Positions 23,221 to 34,058 are shown, counted from the first letter of the stretch. The stretch is DNA of 64,000 bases from an uncultured cyanobacterium (GCA_963766435.1 CAVXZH010000005.1:265610-329609); one strand, 5' to 3'. Notes: a model not told the origin generated them from the letters alone. Numbers and translations are program-made.

Positions 23221-23533
23221 GTATCCTAGAGGGATTGCCCAAAAACCACCAAGAATTACTCAACCGTGATTTACGGAATTCGCCATATTATGGGTCTGGA
23301 GTCCCCGGCTCTTTAACTAATTGGGTGACTAAAAAAGCCGTATCAATAGCCGTGAAAGAATTCACAAGACGAATTTTTGATAACGGGTGCGACACTCTAA
23401 TCCAGATAAGAGATAGAATAGGGAATTTATGGCTACCTGGTGACGCCTTGGTTATCAGGAATCCATCTCAAGCATGCACAAGAAAACCCTCACCAGAGCC
23501 ATATCAACCTAGTGGATTCTCGCCAAATAATAT

Positions 23534-25075
23534 TTGCCCCGGTGGTGGGAAGTATATTGTTGCAAAAAAGAAATATCAGAATTATTTGGAAACTGTCCCT
23601 ATGGGTGGTGCTTAAACACCAATGGGGAGTTTTACGATTGGTACTTTGACCAATGGTTCGTAGATTCCCTAGATATAGACAGATTAACTTGTAGGGTAGC
23701 TAGAATCCAACAAAGTAACACAAATGCAACTATTCAGGATAATAGAATATGTACCATGTTCTATGAGAATGAATGGTATACAGGAAACCTGACTCTAAGA
23801 CTCAACAGAAAAGATGCTATCGAGATTATGGGCACTCCCGTCTTTGTGATAGCTACTGTATACAATCGTTACGACGCATTTCAAGAAGATGTAAACAGGA
23901 AGGAATCGGTTGAGCGACGCGGTGAACCGAATGTAACTTTAAACCCAGTTGGAAGATATGCTCTTTTACCCGAAACATTGGTGGTAAATTCACCATCACC
24001 AATACCACAAAGAAGTATCTCCCCTGCTTACAGTGCTTTGACATTCTATGGACTGGAATATATATATCTCATGCCGCGATATGGACTAGTGCATGAAGAA
24101 TATCAGTATATTCAATTGTGCAAACCGTTCGATGTTGCCCCACCACCGCCGCCAAAAATACCACCCCCAAAAGAGGATTGCTGTATGTGTAACGACGATC
24201 TATTGCGTTTGATTAACAAGAAATTAGGCGATTACCCCGGAGTGTTGCCAGCAAGCGTTAAAAATAGCGTTGCTGGCACTACAACTATCAACAGTGTCGC
24301 CGAACACTTAATACATAATTACAAAACATTTGATGAAGTGGTGGGAAGCTTTCCCGTTGTAATTAGAATAGAAGATACGGATTTAATACAAGATGGAGAG
24401 CAAACTAAAACAGTAGAAATACAAAATATTGCTCAAGGAATTGCCGAGATTTTTGGTAGCAATATATTATCGAAAGCTGATACAGCAGCAATACTAGCGG
24501 TATGTCTTTCGACGCTGACAGAAACCAGCCAAACGAAGCAAATAGCGACCAAGAATTACGATATCTTAAAGTCTATACTCGACTGGCTAGGTTTCAAATT
24601 CAAGGAAGTTTCTCGTAAAATAGTATTGATGGTAAAACCAGGAGAAAACCGAATTTCAGACATGGTACAACCGTCGGAGGTTGATTATATTACCGTCGAA
24701 GAAGATTTTGGTAAAAGCAATTTTCAACTATTCATTAACAACATGAGCGATTTTGCAGCACACTGGTTTGCTGCGAATAGAGTTAGCTTGGGCAAGCGAA
24801 ATGTCGAAGAAAATTTACAATCTTTAAAATCCCAGTTTGTTGGGGCTAAAGAGATAGACAAGGCGATTAATACCGATCTGAAAGACCACCTGAAGCCTGC
24901 AACAAGTGATAGCGATTTCGATAATTTCTTGGAACAGGCAGAAAAAGGATTTGAGACACTACCAGATATCACACCCGATCAAGGTGGCAGTATATCGCCG
25001 TGGGGTAAGCCATTTAATAAACGACCAAAATTAACACAAAAAAGTAGAACCAATGAAGGCAGTAGTAATTTATAG
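23534..25075 (+). CDS. hypothetical protein
   Basis: 513-aa ORF; PPPPPKIPPPK linker. Confidence 0.3.
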   Translation: MPRWWEVYCCKKEISELFGNCPYGWCLNTNGEFYDWYFDQWFVDSLDIDRLTCRVARIQQSNTNATIQDNRICTMFYENEWYTGNLTLRLNRKDAIEIMGTPVFVIATVYNRYDAFQEDVNRKESVERRGEPNVTLNPVGRYALLPETLVVNSPSPIPQRSISPAYSALTFYGLEYIYLMPRYGLVHEEYQYIQLCKPFDVAPPPPPKIPPPKEDCCMCNDDLLRLINKKLGDYPGVLPASVKNSVAGTTTINSVAEHLIHNYKTFDEVVGSFPVVIRIEDTDLIQDGEQTKTVEIQNIAQGIAEIFGSNILSKADTAAILAVCLSTLTETSQTKQIATKNYDILKSILDWLGFKFKEVSRKIVLMVKPGENRISDMVQPSEVDYITVEEDFGKSNFQLFINNMSDFAAHWFAANRVSLGKRNVEENLQSLKSQFVGAKEIDKAINTDLKDHLKPATSDSDFDNFLEQAEKGFETLPDITPDQGGSISPWGKPFNKRPKLTQKSRTNEGSSNL

Positions 25076-25085
25076 GTAATTTAGA

Positions 25086-26618
25086 ATGGGTTTCAACATA
25101 GATAAAAGTCAGCTTTCCTCAATGCAATCTTTTAGCAACAGAGGGAGCCTATCAATCAATACTGCTTTGCAATCTGCAAGTACAAATGATGAAGGTGGCA
25201 TAACTGGATGGCTGTGGCAGGGATTGGCTGGGGCTACTAATTTTTTATTTAGCAAAATTGGTGGTTTTTTATCCTGGTCTGCGTCTCAGGTGTGGGGTTT
25301 TATTGTTGCTTCAGCTCAATTCATATACTCATTTAATTGGAACCAAACGGATGCCCAAATTAATGCATCTATAAATGCACAATGGGAAGTGATTGCTTCC
25401 CAACTAGGAGGTACGCTTGGTAACGCGGCGGGTTATATTGCTTGTGGATTCCTACCAGCCGCAGGTATTTTTGTTTTCAATGAGCCACTGGGAGCATATA
25501 TCCTCTCTAAAGTTACAGAGGAATTTGCCGAAGAATTTTTATCTAATCTAGCAGTGTTGTCAACATCAATTCTTAATGCGACCGCACAAACAGCTTTCAA
25601 GCATATATATATGAATGCGCGGAAATTCATCAAGGACAACATCAGATCAATTAGACAGATATTTCCTGGTATTTCTGAAGCAGCTATAAACAATTGGGGT
25701 AGTGAAAAATCAAGGCCCTGGTCGTTTGCCCTGGCTGTAAATAATTGGGTTGAATCCATAAACCCCCAATGGGTACAGAACCTCATTGAAGAGTTTATAG
25801 AAGAATTTCAGGATGGCTGTAGAGAGGCTGGCTATGTTGTCGCGGAAGCAATAACCAGTTTTTACGCTGAATCCCTGATTCAGCAAAAACTGATACCCGC
25901 CGCCGGAGAAAATCTAACTGTAGAAATACAGTTAGACAGAGAGGATAATTTATCAGACAAAATCATCCTGCAAGCGCCTGAAAGCGAGTTGCGAGGACAG
26001 ATAAATAGCGTCCTCGCAATCGACCAGATGATCAGGAATAAAAGTTTTGGGACTGTTTACGGCGTTCTGCCATTTGAGCCGCTAAAAGAAAGGCGATTTA
26101 AGCCGCAAATACATTTAGTTTTTAAAGGAAAATCAACGGATGGAAGAGCACTAGAAAGTGAAATTACCCTTAGGATACTCAATAAAACCGATAACGATTT
26201 TCAGAACTATACGTATATAGATGAATTGGCGAATACTATAAAAATTAAGTTTGCTACTCCCCCATTCACAATAAATAGAGGGGGAGAGCCTTACACCTAT
26301 AACGATGGTGCATTAGTTACTCAGCTTTGGGTAGCTGACGCACAGGAAGCCCGGAAGGTCATCGAAAGAATATTAGATTTGGTGGGGCAATCGCCCAATT
26401 GGAAAAAACTCAAGCCGATGTTTGCCGTGGACAGATCCGACCTAACCCTCGTACCTGAAAAAATAACAGTGCTTTCTCAAACACAGAAGTTGCCTGTCAA
26501 GGGTTATCCAGGCACTGTTACTTTTCGGGAAGCATTCTTGATGTTGTATGGACTGGATAGCCCTGTCTCATTGGTGGACTTGACAGGAAAACGCAATCCT
26601 AGAGTCAAGGTTTTGTAA
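25086..26618 (+). CDS. hypothetical protein
   Basis: 510-aa ORF, last gene before the element-1 right border. Confidence 0.3.
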   Translation: MGFNIDKSQLSSMQSFSNRGSLSINTALQSASTNDEGGITGWLWQGLAGATNFLFSKIGGFLSWSASQVWGFIVASAQFIYSFNWNQTDAQINASINAQWEVIASQLGGTLGNAAGYIACGFLPAAGIFVFNEPLGAYILSKVTEEFAEEFLSNLAVLSTSILNATAQTAFKHIYMNARKFIKDNIRSIRQIFPGISEAAINNWGSEKSRPWSFALAVNNWVESINPQWVQNLIEEFIEEFQDGCREAGYVVAEAITSFYAESLIQQKLIPAAGENLTVEIQLDREDNLSDKIILQAPESELRGQINSVLAIDQMIRNKSFGTVYGVLPFEPLKERRFKPQIHLVFKGKSTDGRALESEITLRILNKTDNDFQNYTYIDELANTIKIKFATPPFTINRGGEPYTYNDGALVTQLWVADAQEARKVIERILDLVGQSPNWKKLKPMFAVDRSDLTLVPEKITVLSQTQKLPVKGYPGTVTFREAFLMLYGLDSPVSLVDLTGKRNPRVKVL

Positions 26619-26924
26619 GTGCAATGAACCCGATCCATCTGGTTTTGCGATCGCCACGACATATAAGTAAAAAACCGCGCAGCGCATCTTGAAATATAAG
26701 TTAAGCTAATTAACAGGTTCCCTATGGGATTAAGCGATCGCTAAAGCGATCGCTAAACCAATCAGCTAACGCATTTACAAGGGTTTCAGCCTTCAGAGAT
26801 AGAGGATTTAAGCCAAAAATAAGCATCAGGAAAGATGCGGCGCTAGAACGCTTACGCTGTAATGGTTTCACCTTACTGATATTTATCTACCCTGGTTAGA
26901 GTATAACTTCTTTGGTCGTTACCA

Positions 26925-27366
26925 AGATTGCTGCTTCTTTACGCGAAATCGCTTCTAAGTTTGATGCTAAGATTCAAGCAAATGCTGAGAAAGTAATTGC
27001 TAAGTATCAACCCACAATGGATGCGATCGTTAGCAAGTATCGCCCCCGTTTAGAAGGTAAGACTGTCGCGATGATGGTTGGTGGTCTACGTCCTCGTCAC
27101 GTTGTTCCTGCTTTCCAAGACTTGGGTATGAGAATGATTGGTACTGGTTATGAGTTCGCTCATAATGATGACTACAAACGTACCACTCACTACATTGAAA
27201 ACGGTACCATCGTTTATGATGACGTTACCGCTTATGAATTTGAAGAGTTTGTCAAAGCTCTAAAACCAGATTTAATTGCTTCTGGTGTGAAAGAGAAGTA
27301 CGTATTCCAAAAGATGGGTCTTCCTTTCCGTCAAATGCACTCCTGGGATTACTCCGAACCTAACCA
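26925..27366 (+). CDS. nifD: nifD segment 2 (middle part)
   Basis: [28 protein letters not shown]...[16 protein letters not shown]...[10 protein letters not shown] matches NifD; ends at GGATTACTCCG. Confidence 0.9.
27356..27366. repeat. GGATTACTCCG 11-bp direct repeat (left copy) of nifD element 2
   Basis: Exact copy at 54554-54564; identical to the known Anabaena nifD-element core. Confidence 0.85.
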
Positions 27367-27599
27367 TGTGTGTGAAATTGATTGTAAATCAAGGGTTTTT
27401 AGTGGTGGGAATCCAGAAATTGAATTTATAGACTAAATATAATTGGTTATGTTTTATAATAACATTGTTTGTTGGTAACTGCAAATAATAGAACTCTGAT
27501 TGCTACTGCTGTGGACAGGTTTATTAAAATTTCATGAATAGTAAAGCTGTTAAATACGATATCTTTTTTATAGAAAATTCTTTAGACTAAAATTCATAA

Positions 27600-28070
27600 T
27601 TACGGACTTTCTATAAATTTAATCACCCTAATATAGAAAAAAGGGATACTTTTCCAATCTTGACGCTGATTAATCAAGGTTTCTCCCGAAAACATCCTTA
27701 TCTGATAATTGTAACCAAGACTATCTCTATAACCTCCATATCCTGGGTAATTTTCATTTTTAATCACTTCTATTGGTTCCCATCCGCAGCACAAAAACCG
27801 TAGTTTAGACATCTTGAATTTTTGCTGCAAAAATTTTTCTACCTCTCCTGCATCTTTACCTGGAACTTGATAACTTGTTTCTAGCACATTTAACTGCATA
27901 TGCTTAGTTGGTTTACATTCTAAAAACTGTAGCTCTTGTGGCTTATCCACTAAAATAGCCATCATATCTTTGCAATCAGTTTCACCTTGACTCAGCATTT
28001 GGCTGTTAGCGGTAGATGTCAGCAAAGTAATTAAAGTTGTTCCCATCACTAGAAATAGTAGTTTATTCAT
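27600..28070 (-). CDS. secreted hypothetical protein (signal peptide, Cys-rich)
   Basis: MNKLLFLVMGTTLITLLTSTANSQ signal-like N-terminus. Confidence 0.35.
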   Translation of the reverse strand: MNKLLFLVMGTTLITLLTSTANSQMLSQGETDCKDMMAILVDKPQELQFLECKPTKHMQLNVLETSYQVPGKDAGEVEKFLQQKFKMSKLRFLCCGWEPIEVIKNENYPGYGGYRDSLGYNYQIRMFSGETLINQRQDWKSIPFFYIRVIKFIESP

Positions 28071-28211
28071 AAATTCACTTTTAGGTCATGTGTATTCATG
28101 GTTTATTATACTCAAAAGTTTCTATGAGATCATCACATTGGCGTATCGGATTGCACTCTTTGATGATACGCTAGAAACGTTTCCAGTTGTTTAATCACAA
28201 CTTGGGTTTAA

Positions 28212-28874
28212 TTGCTGAATCGGAATTTTATTAGTAACAAAAGACACTGTAACATGAATAGATTCTTTTCCACTCTAACCCTGATCACAGGTACATCCTT
28301 AACAATTCTACTGACATCAATAGTTCCATCTCAATTTACAAAAAGTATACCCTTAAAGGTAATGAACAATAATATGGCTTTAGCAGAGACATCGATTGAC
28401 CTAACTACCTTAAATAGCACATCTCTGACTAGCCATAATGGGTATCGAGCTACACATAGTAGTCCAGACATGACCAATAGTGATGCTCTCAATCAAAGTT
28501 CTCAAACATGGGCTGAAAACATAGCATCAAGTGGAAAATTTGAACACAGCACTAATCGGGGTGATGTGGGAGAAAACCTTTATGCTTATTACACCACAGC
28601 GGACTCAATCGGTGCAGATGTCTTAGCGACACAAGCAGTTCAGTCTTGGTACAACGAAGTTTCCGCCTATGACTATAATAATCCACAATTTTCTAAAAAA
28701 ACTGGGCATTTTACTCAGGTAGTTTGGAAAGGTAGTATTGAATTAGGATGTGGTGCAGCACAGGGTACTAAAGTAATCAAGGGTAAGGAATACAAAGCTT
28801 TTTATGTAGTGTGCCAGTATAGTCCTGCTGGTAATGTAAAAGGGGCATTTGCAGATAATGTACTAAAACCATAG
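28212..28874 (+). CDS. CAP/SCP/PR-1 domain secreted protein
   Basis: GHFTQVVWKGSIELGCG...YVVCQYSPAGN CAP motifs; signal peptide from MNRFFSTLTLITG. Confidence 0.6.
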   Translation: MLNRNFISNKRHCNMNRFFSTLTLITGTSLTILLTSIVPSQFTKSIPLKVMNNNMALAETSIDLTTLNSTSLTSHNGYRATHSSPDMTNSDALNQSSQTWAENIASSGKFEHSTNRGDVGENLYAYYTTADSIGADVLATQAVQSWYNEVSAYDYNNPQFSKKTGHFTQVVWKGSIELGCGAAQGTKVIKGKEYKAFYVVCQYSPAGNVKGAFADNVLKP

Positions 28875-28959
28875 AACAGCCGCAAGTTTTTAAAATCCGT
28901 TGTGAGTAAGATATTGACAAGTCAACGCATATATCTTACTCACAATTTTGGCACAGATT

Positions 28960-29583
28960 CTACAAAGCACCATTAAAAATCTGATTAGCAGTGAGGTTCA
29001 AATCTGGAAAAGTAGGTGATATAATCTGTTCTGAATTTTTAAATTGAGTGAGTTGATATTCTCTATCAATGAGATGATAAATAGAAACAGTTGGTTGTTT
29101 GGGATTACCAATAAATTTTCTTGCTCCCAAAGCTGCATAATCAACTATCCAATATTCAGAAATTTGCATAGCTTCATAATTTCCTAATTTGGTGTAATAG
29201 TCATCTTCCCAATTGGTACTCACAACCTCAATCACCAAAGGAATAGATTCACTTTGAGTTACGGTAGATTCTTTTTCCCAGAATTCCTCATTATGCAAAT
29301 TAGCATCATTAATTAACACAACATCTGGTGAATAACCCGATGATTTTCTGGGTGGTTTTACCAATGCTGTTTTGGGGATAAAGTATGGTAGTTTCAATCG
29401 CTTATACTCAACAGTAATTTCCCCGGCTAAAAATCCGGTAACTTTTTCGTGTTTTCCACTGGGTTGAAGCATTTCCACAATTATCCCATCGTGTAATTCA
29501 TAACGCTTATCAGTGTTTTCTGGTAGCCATTCAATAAATTCGGCAAAGGTAAATAGTTTAGGTAAGGCTTGAGCCATATTCAC
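28960..29583 (-). CDS. Uma2-family (DUF820) endonuclease
   Basis: YELHDGIIVEM...PDVVLI...IPLVIEVVS...EYWIVD. Confidence 0.6.
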   Translation of the reverse strand: MNMAQALPKLFTFAEFIEWLPENTDKRYELHDGIIVEMLQPSGKHEKVTGFLAGEITVEYKRLKLPYFIPKTALVKPPRKSSGYSPDVVLINDANLHNEEFWEKESTVTQSESIPLVIEVVSTNWEDDYYTKLGNYEAMQISEYWIVDYAALGARKFIGNPKQPTVSIYHLIDREYQLTQFKNSEQIISPTFPDLNLTANQIFNGAL

Positions 29584-29699
29584 ACCTGGGCTGATTTTGA
29601 TTTTTGTGTTAGAGTTGACGTGATAGTTTTCAACTCACCCTAAATTAATCTTATATTAACTTAGATATATTGAATTGCGGTTAAAAATGGGAGAAAATA

Positions 29700-30262
29700 T
29701 ATGTCGATGATGACAATCCAAGATTTAGAGCAAGTTCAAAGTGCTTTTAGCGAAGCAGGGTTAGATTATCAAGTTGAATTAGAAAATGGTAAAATTTCCA
29801 TTGTGGTCTTCAGATATTGTATCTAGTGAAATTAGTAGTCGTTTGATTGCTTTTCTGTTTGCTTGGGTCAATCCCCGACGTTGGGGAAGAATATTTGATT
29901 CCGCAGGTGGTTTCATTTTACCTGATAGCAATCTTAAAGCTCCAAATGTTTCTTTTGTTCGTGCTGCGCGTTTACGTCAAAGTCCTCGTTATTTTGGAGA
30001 ACTTGTTCCTGATTTGGTAGTAGAGGTCAAATCTCAGAGTGATAGAATTAAATCTTTAGTTAGCAAAATTGTTAATTTTATAGAATTGGGAGCAGTGATT
30101 GGGATTCTAATTGATCCTGATGAGGAAACGGTGACAATTTATCGTTGTGAAGGTGAACCAACAGTTTTAAGAAATGGGGATATTCTTACTATAGTAGAAC
30201 TTTTTCCTGGTTGGGAGTTACCGATTTCTGAATTATGGCCTCCTATATTTACCGAAGAATAA
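29700..30262 (+). CDS. Uma2-family endonuclease, apparent frameshift near 29810
   Basis: ATG at 29700 gives MSMMTIQDLEQVQ...ELENGKISIV then stops; ORF 29786 continues ...SDIVSSEISSRLIAF...PDLVVEVKS...; two single-base gaps in gg/cc runs join them. Confidence 0.5.
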
Positions 30263-30282
30263 ATATTATACTAGGGAAAAGT

Positions 30283-30912
30283 TTAAACACTTACTAACTG
30301 AGTCAAATGCTTGAGGATACGCAGCACCTCATATAATTCATTTCCAGGGTTCCGCATCAAGAAACCTTTTGACAAAGCGTAATTTGGTGGATTACTTTTA
30401 ACTAATTTCACAAAAATAAATTCGCTACCAGTCGCAATCATCCCAAAACCAGGTTGGTCTGAATCTGGATTACCTAACATATAAGCCAGAATTTGCGCGA
30501 GTCCTTCTTCTATGGAAAATGAAGCTTTTTTGGATTCAATAATCATTACCCAAAGTCGGTTTTTAAAAACTAGAATATCTATTCTACCTTTGATAATTAT
30601 ATCTTCATTTGGGACAGCAATATCTATAGATTCTTCTGATTTCACATAAAATGGTGAGAGATAAAAGTCAGCAATAAAAAGTATTGGGTCTACAATTGCC
30701 ATTCTGACTACATCTTCTAGTAATGGTGGGTAATTCAGAAGATTTATGTAACCAGCTTTTACTTTGTCTAAAAGTTGTTGGTCTAAAGCTGTAATTTCTG
30801 GTAAATTTTCTTGCCATTCAGGAAAGAATTGCATATCTGTAACTAATTGAATACCGAAGTTATCAATTAAGTAACGTAAGTCAATATCTTTTGCTGCTAT
30901 GGTTTGGGTCAT
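30283..30912 (-). CDS. PD-(D/E)xK nuclease-fold protein (HsdR-N-like)
   Basis: GRIDILVF...VMIIESKKA; paralog of 3327-3929. Confidence 0.5.
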   Translation of the reverse strand: MTQTIAAKDIDLRYLIDNFGIQLVTDMQFFPEWQENLPEITALDQQLLDKVKAGYINLLNYPPLLEDVVRMAIVDPILFIADFYLSPFYVKSEESIDIAVPNEDIIIKGRIDILVFKNRLWVMIIESKKASFSIEEGLAQILAYMLGNPDSDQPGFGMIATGSEFIFVKLVKSNPPNYALSKGFLMRNPGNELYEVLRILKHLTQLVSV

Positions 30913-30945
30913 AATTAAGGGAGTAGGGAATAAAAGAATAATAAG

Positions 30946-31131
30946 CTATACAGAAATCCATGATTCAATCATCTGCTCAACTTTTTCAATTGATACTCCT
31001 TGACCTTGATTTATCTGATTTAAACCGTCTTGAATAGCTGCAATAAATTGAATTTCTTGCATTATTTGGTGGATTGATACATCTGGTGGTAGATGCTTTA
31101 AAAGTTCCATGACAGTTTCTTTATCGCTCAT
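30946..31131 (-). CDS. small protein, possibly antitoxin-like
   Basis: 61 aa, immediately upstream of the nuclease-fold gene. Confidence 0.25.
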   Translation of the reverse strand: MSDKETVMELLKHLPPDVSIHQIMQEIQFIAAIQDGLNQINQGQGVSIEKVEQMIESWISV

Positions 31132-31231
31132 AGGAGTTTAAGATTTTTTCTGTGTTTAGCTATGATTTTACAACATAAAAATGAGGGCAGGCTAGAAGCC
31201 TGCTCCACGTCTAAGAATAGTATGAACCAAA

Positions 31232-32770
31232 TCACTGCGGATTCATCCGAATCAAGTCAGTCAAAATACTATCCAAACTACCGTTGACTTGAATCCGATC
31301 AATCTTCTCCGCAATCCGCTCTAAAACTTCCAGCTCCTTCAACCGCAAAGCTACCGGATTATCCTCCATTACCTTAGCGGTATTTAACATACTGCGAGTA
31401 GCGGCTGTTTCTTCCCTCCGTCTAACGACATTTGCTTGAGCAGCTTTTTCTGCTTCCACCACTTTACTCAAAATTGCTTTAATCTCTCCTGGTAAAATGA
31501 TATCTTTCACTCCCACAGAATCTACTTCAATTCCATAGTCTGCGGTTTTTTGACGAATGTATTCAGATATACTTCTATCAATTGCACCTTTATCCTCCAA
31601 TAATGCATCTAAAGTTCTTTCCCCCACTGCACCACGCAATGCATATTGCAATTCTTTGTACAAGAATCCAGATATGTCTGCGAGTCCGTTTTTAGCTTTT
31701 AATGGGTCTTGGATGCGGTAGCCAGCAGTTAAGTTTAACCGCAGAGGTACTTTATCTTTAGAAAGAATATCTTGACCAGATATCTCTATATTCAACAATC
31801 GCAGGTCTATGCTTTCGGTTTGAAAGGAGCGTCCAAATAACCACCAAGCATGAACTCCTGATGCCAGTTGGGCTGCAAATTCTTGATTAACATACAATAA
31901 TCCAATATGCTGTGCGGGAACTTGGCAAATATGCAAGCAATTGCGACTGAGTAGCCGCACTTCTGCTGTACCTTCAACCAATTCACCAATTAAGGGAGAT
32001 GGTAATTTAGCCTCGGTGCTGATGTCGATGATTTCTACTTCCACACCTTGCCAAAATAATTTTCGGCTGGTGGGTGGTAAAATAGAAATGACTTTACCCC
32101 GATATCGCACAATTGCCACTTGGAAAGATGATAATTGTACGTTTTCACAGTAATTTGCCACAAAATCGGGATGTTTTTCCACTAGTATATCTTCTAATGG
32201 AAAATCTGGGTTAGGTAGAATTCGGCTGAGACTACGGACTGTAACATCTCGATTTATTGACCAAAAAGCGTATTCTCCTGGTTCTAAGGGTCGGACAAAA
32301 TTATTTTGTAGATAAAGTAAACCTACTTCGTATTCTGAGATTTGGAATTTTTTGATTCCTGCTAAGGTAAGTGAGCGTAATTGCTGTACAAAGGAAGTCG
32401 GTAATTCCCAATTGTCTTCTAAGTTGAAGAAATGAGATTCTACTTCTATGAAACCACGCCAAAAAGCTTTTAGTTGATTTGGTGCAATACTTACCCAATT
32501 CTGACCCCAGTGTACTAAAGCTGCTTGGTTGAATGTAGTTTTGACAATTAATAGATGTGCTTCTAGTTCCGCGCTGTGTAAGCGCAGCAATAGTTCTAGG
32601 TTGGGAATCTCCGCTATGGGTTGGTTGAGGTCGTAAGTTTTAATTTGCCAATGGCGACCAAAATAAGTATATTCACCAGATTGTAAGATTTTTTTGAAGT
32701 CACTCCGGTAAGATAAAATCCCTATTTCGTTAGCTTTGATATAAAATGTTTGCCACAAAGAATTTTGCAT
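31232..32770 (-). CDS. SPFH/band-7 (prohibitin/flotillin-like) domain protein with a long N-terminal extension
   Basis: C-terminal ...ILPGEIKAILSKVVEAEKAAQANVVRRREETAATRS...LRLKELEVLERIAEK. Confidence 0.55.
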   Translation of the reverse strand: MQNSLWQTFYIKANEIGILSYRSDFKKILQSGEYTYFGRHWQIKTYDLNQPIAEIPNLELLLRLHSAELEAHLLIVKTTFNQAALVHWGQNWVSIAPNQLKAFWRGFIEVESHFFNLEDNWELPTSFVQQLRSLTLAGIKKFQISEYEVGLLYLQNNFVRPLEPGEYAFWSINRDVTVRSLSRILPNPDFPLEDILVEKHPDFVANYCENVQLSSFQVAIVRYRGKVISILPPTSRKLFWQGVEVEIIDISTEAKLPSPLIGELVEGTAEVRLLSRNCLHICQVPAQHIGLLYVNQEFAAQLASGVHAWWLFGRSFQTESIDLRLLNIEISGQDILSKDKVPLRLNLTAGYRIQDPLKAKNGLADISGFLYKELQYALRGAVGERTLDALLEDKGAIDRSISEYIRQKTADYGIEVDSVGVKDIILPGEIKAILSKVVEAEKAAQANVVRRREETAATRSMLNTAKVMEDNPVALRLKELEVLERIAEKIDRIQVNGSLDSILTDLIRMNPQ

Positions 32771-33158
32771 AACTTTTATCTGCGATCGCCTCCTATAGAG
32801 CGTAGCTCATCACTACACTAAAAAAATTTATTGTAATCAGTTGTAGTATACATAATACAATATTTTTTTGACTCTGTAAATACAAGTGTTTAAATTTATG
32901 AATGGGCAAAAGTTTTTCCAGAACTGGATTAAGATGGCTATAAATACCATCAGATATACTGTTCAACTAACCAATCAGCATTTCCTAAGAAAAACTGACT
33001 GTGGAAATCAAAGAGACATACTCAAGTTAGGGAAAAGTGCAGTTGCGCGAACTTCATCAATTTGACCACACTTGCACCACAGAGTTTGGACTTGATGTGA
33101 GTTAGGGATTTCTCCCTGAGGTCTACTTTTACAGAGTAGTGTCTTTAACCCGGACAGG

Positions 33159-33234
33159 GTGGTGGAAAGTGTAGGAATCGAACCTACAACAAATTGATTA
33201 CGAGTCGATCGCTCTACCAGTGAGCTAACTTTCT
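33159..33234 (-). tRNA. tRNA-Thr(CGU)-like, with anomalies (A1:C72 and C28:A40 mismatches, 8-nt T-loop), possibly degenerate
   Basis: Hand-folded cloverleaf: D-arm GCTC/GAGC, anticodon loop CUCGUAA, T-arm GTAGG/CCTAC, encoded CCA. Confidence 0.45.
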
Positions 33235-33309
33235 GGGGTTTGATACAGGAATCGAACCTGTGACCGATCAATTATGAGTTGATTGCTCTACCAACTGAGC
33301 TAATCAAAC
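33234..33309 (-). tRNA. tRNA-Met(CAU) elongator-type, or tRNA-Ile2(LAU)
   Basis: Perfect cloverleaf: acceptor GTTTGAT/ATCAAAC, anticodon loop CUCAUAA, T-loop TTCGATT, encoded CCA; abuts the other tRNA. Confidence 0.8.
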
Positions 33310-33458
33310 AAAATAGTTCAAGCTAGCGGTATACGCTCGTACCAGTGGACGGCGCACCAGTTAGGTGTATAAAACCTAAACTATAGCTATAGCGACTTGA
33401 TTACTATCCCACTACAAATGTATCACATCTTGAAACATTTGGATATAGATTTTATTTT

Positions 33459-33881
33459 TTATGCTTCCGGACAGCGATCGCATACCCCATGCACTGTCAC
33501 TTCATAATTATCCACTTTTAACCCAGAACGAATTTGCTGTAAATCTATGCCGTGAATGTGCTCCCAAGGAATATCCTCAATTCCACCACAAGACTTACAG
33601 CGAAAATGATGATGTGGTGTAACGTTAGCGTCATAGCGACAAATCCCTTCGTCTAGCAGTACTTCCCGCACCAGTCCTGCATCTCGTAGCGCTTGTAAAG
33701 AACCGTAAACAGTTGCTTGAGAGGATGTTGGTGCTTCTTGGTTAAGATCATGCAAAATTTGTTCAGCGGTGGGATGATCTGTTCGATGAAGCAAATTCGC
33801 ATAAACCGCAAAGCGCTGAGGTGTTACTCTCAGTCCACAATCCTTGAGAGTTTGAATAATTCTGTTTACTGGCTGTTCCAT
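33459..33881 (-). CDS. Fur-family transcriptional regulator (PerR/FurC-like)
   Basis: 140 aa; ...HHHFRCKSCG...HGVCDRC; divergent from a peroxiredoxin gene. Confidence 0.65.
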   Translation of the reverse strand: MEQPVNRIIQTLKDCGLRVTPQRFAVYANLLHRTDHPTAEQILHDLNQEAPTSSQATVYGSLQALRDAGLVREVLLDEGICRYDANVTPHHHFRCKSCGGIEDIPWEHIHGIDLQQIRSGLKVDNYEVTVHGVCDRCPEA

Positions 33882-34058
33882 ACCCCTCTACTCCGCGTCT
33901 GGACGGCAAATCCTAAACGAACAGGTTTTTCTATGATAGTTTTTCCCTCATGTTAGCATTCTTTGCTAAGAATGCAAATTGTTCTACAATAATTATTAAG
34001 ATTAAGTAAATATTACTATTGACTTCTTCCTATCTAAGAATTATTCTTAGATATAGAA

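Larger units (their letters stand above)
7101..26924. mobile_element. nifD-interrupting element 1 (~19.8 kb), XisA-family excision element with phage/plasmid-like cargo
   Basis: Bounded by imperfect direct repeats cGTTACCAgGATT (7093-7105) / cGTTACCAaGATT (26917-26929); joining 7100 to 26925 restores an in-frame NifD. Confidence 0.7.

Noticed and set aside
26891-26917. nifD-like codons PWLEYNFFG treated as a fourth nifD exon
   Set aside because: They are out of frame with segment 2, lie inside the element, and the three-segment join already gives a complete in-frame NifD. I interpret them as an attP-arm remnant and report them as a finding instead.
33080-33158. Possible third tRNA left of the tRNA pair
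   Set aside because: No T-loop or anticodon-arm structure could be folded.
33008-33271. 87-aa minus-strand ORF
   Set aside because: It overlaps two tRNA genes on the same strand, so it is spurious.
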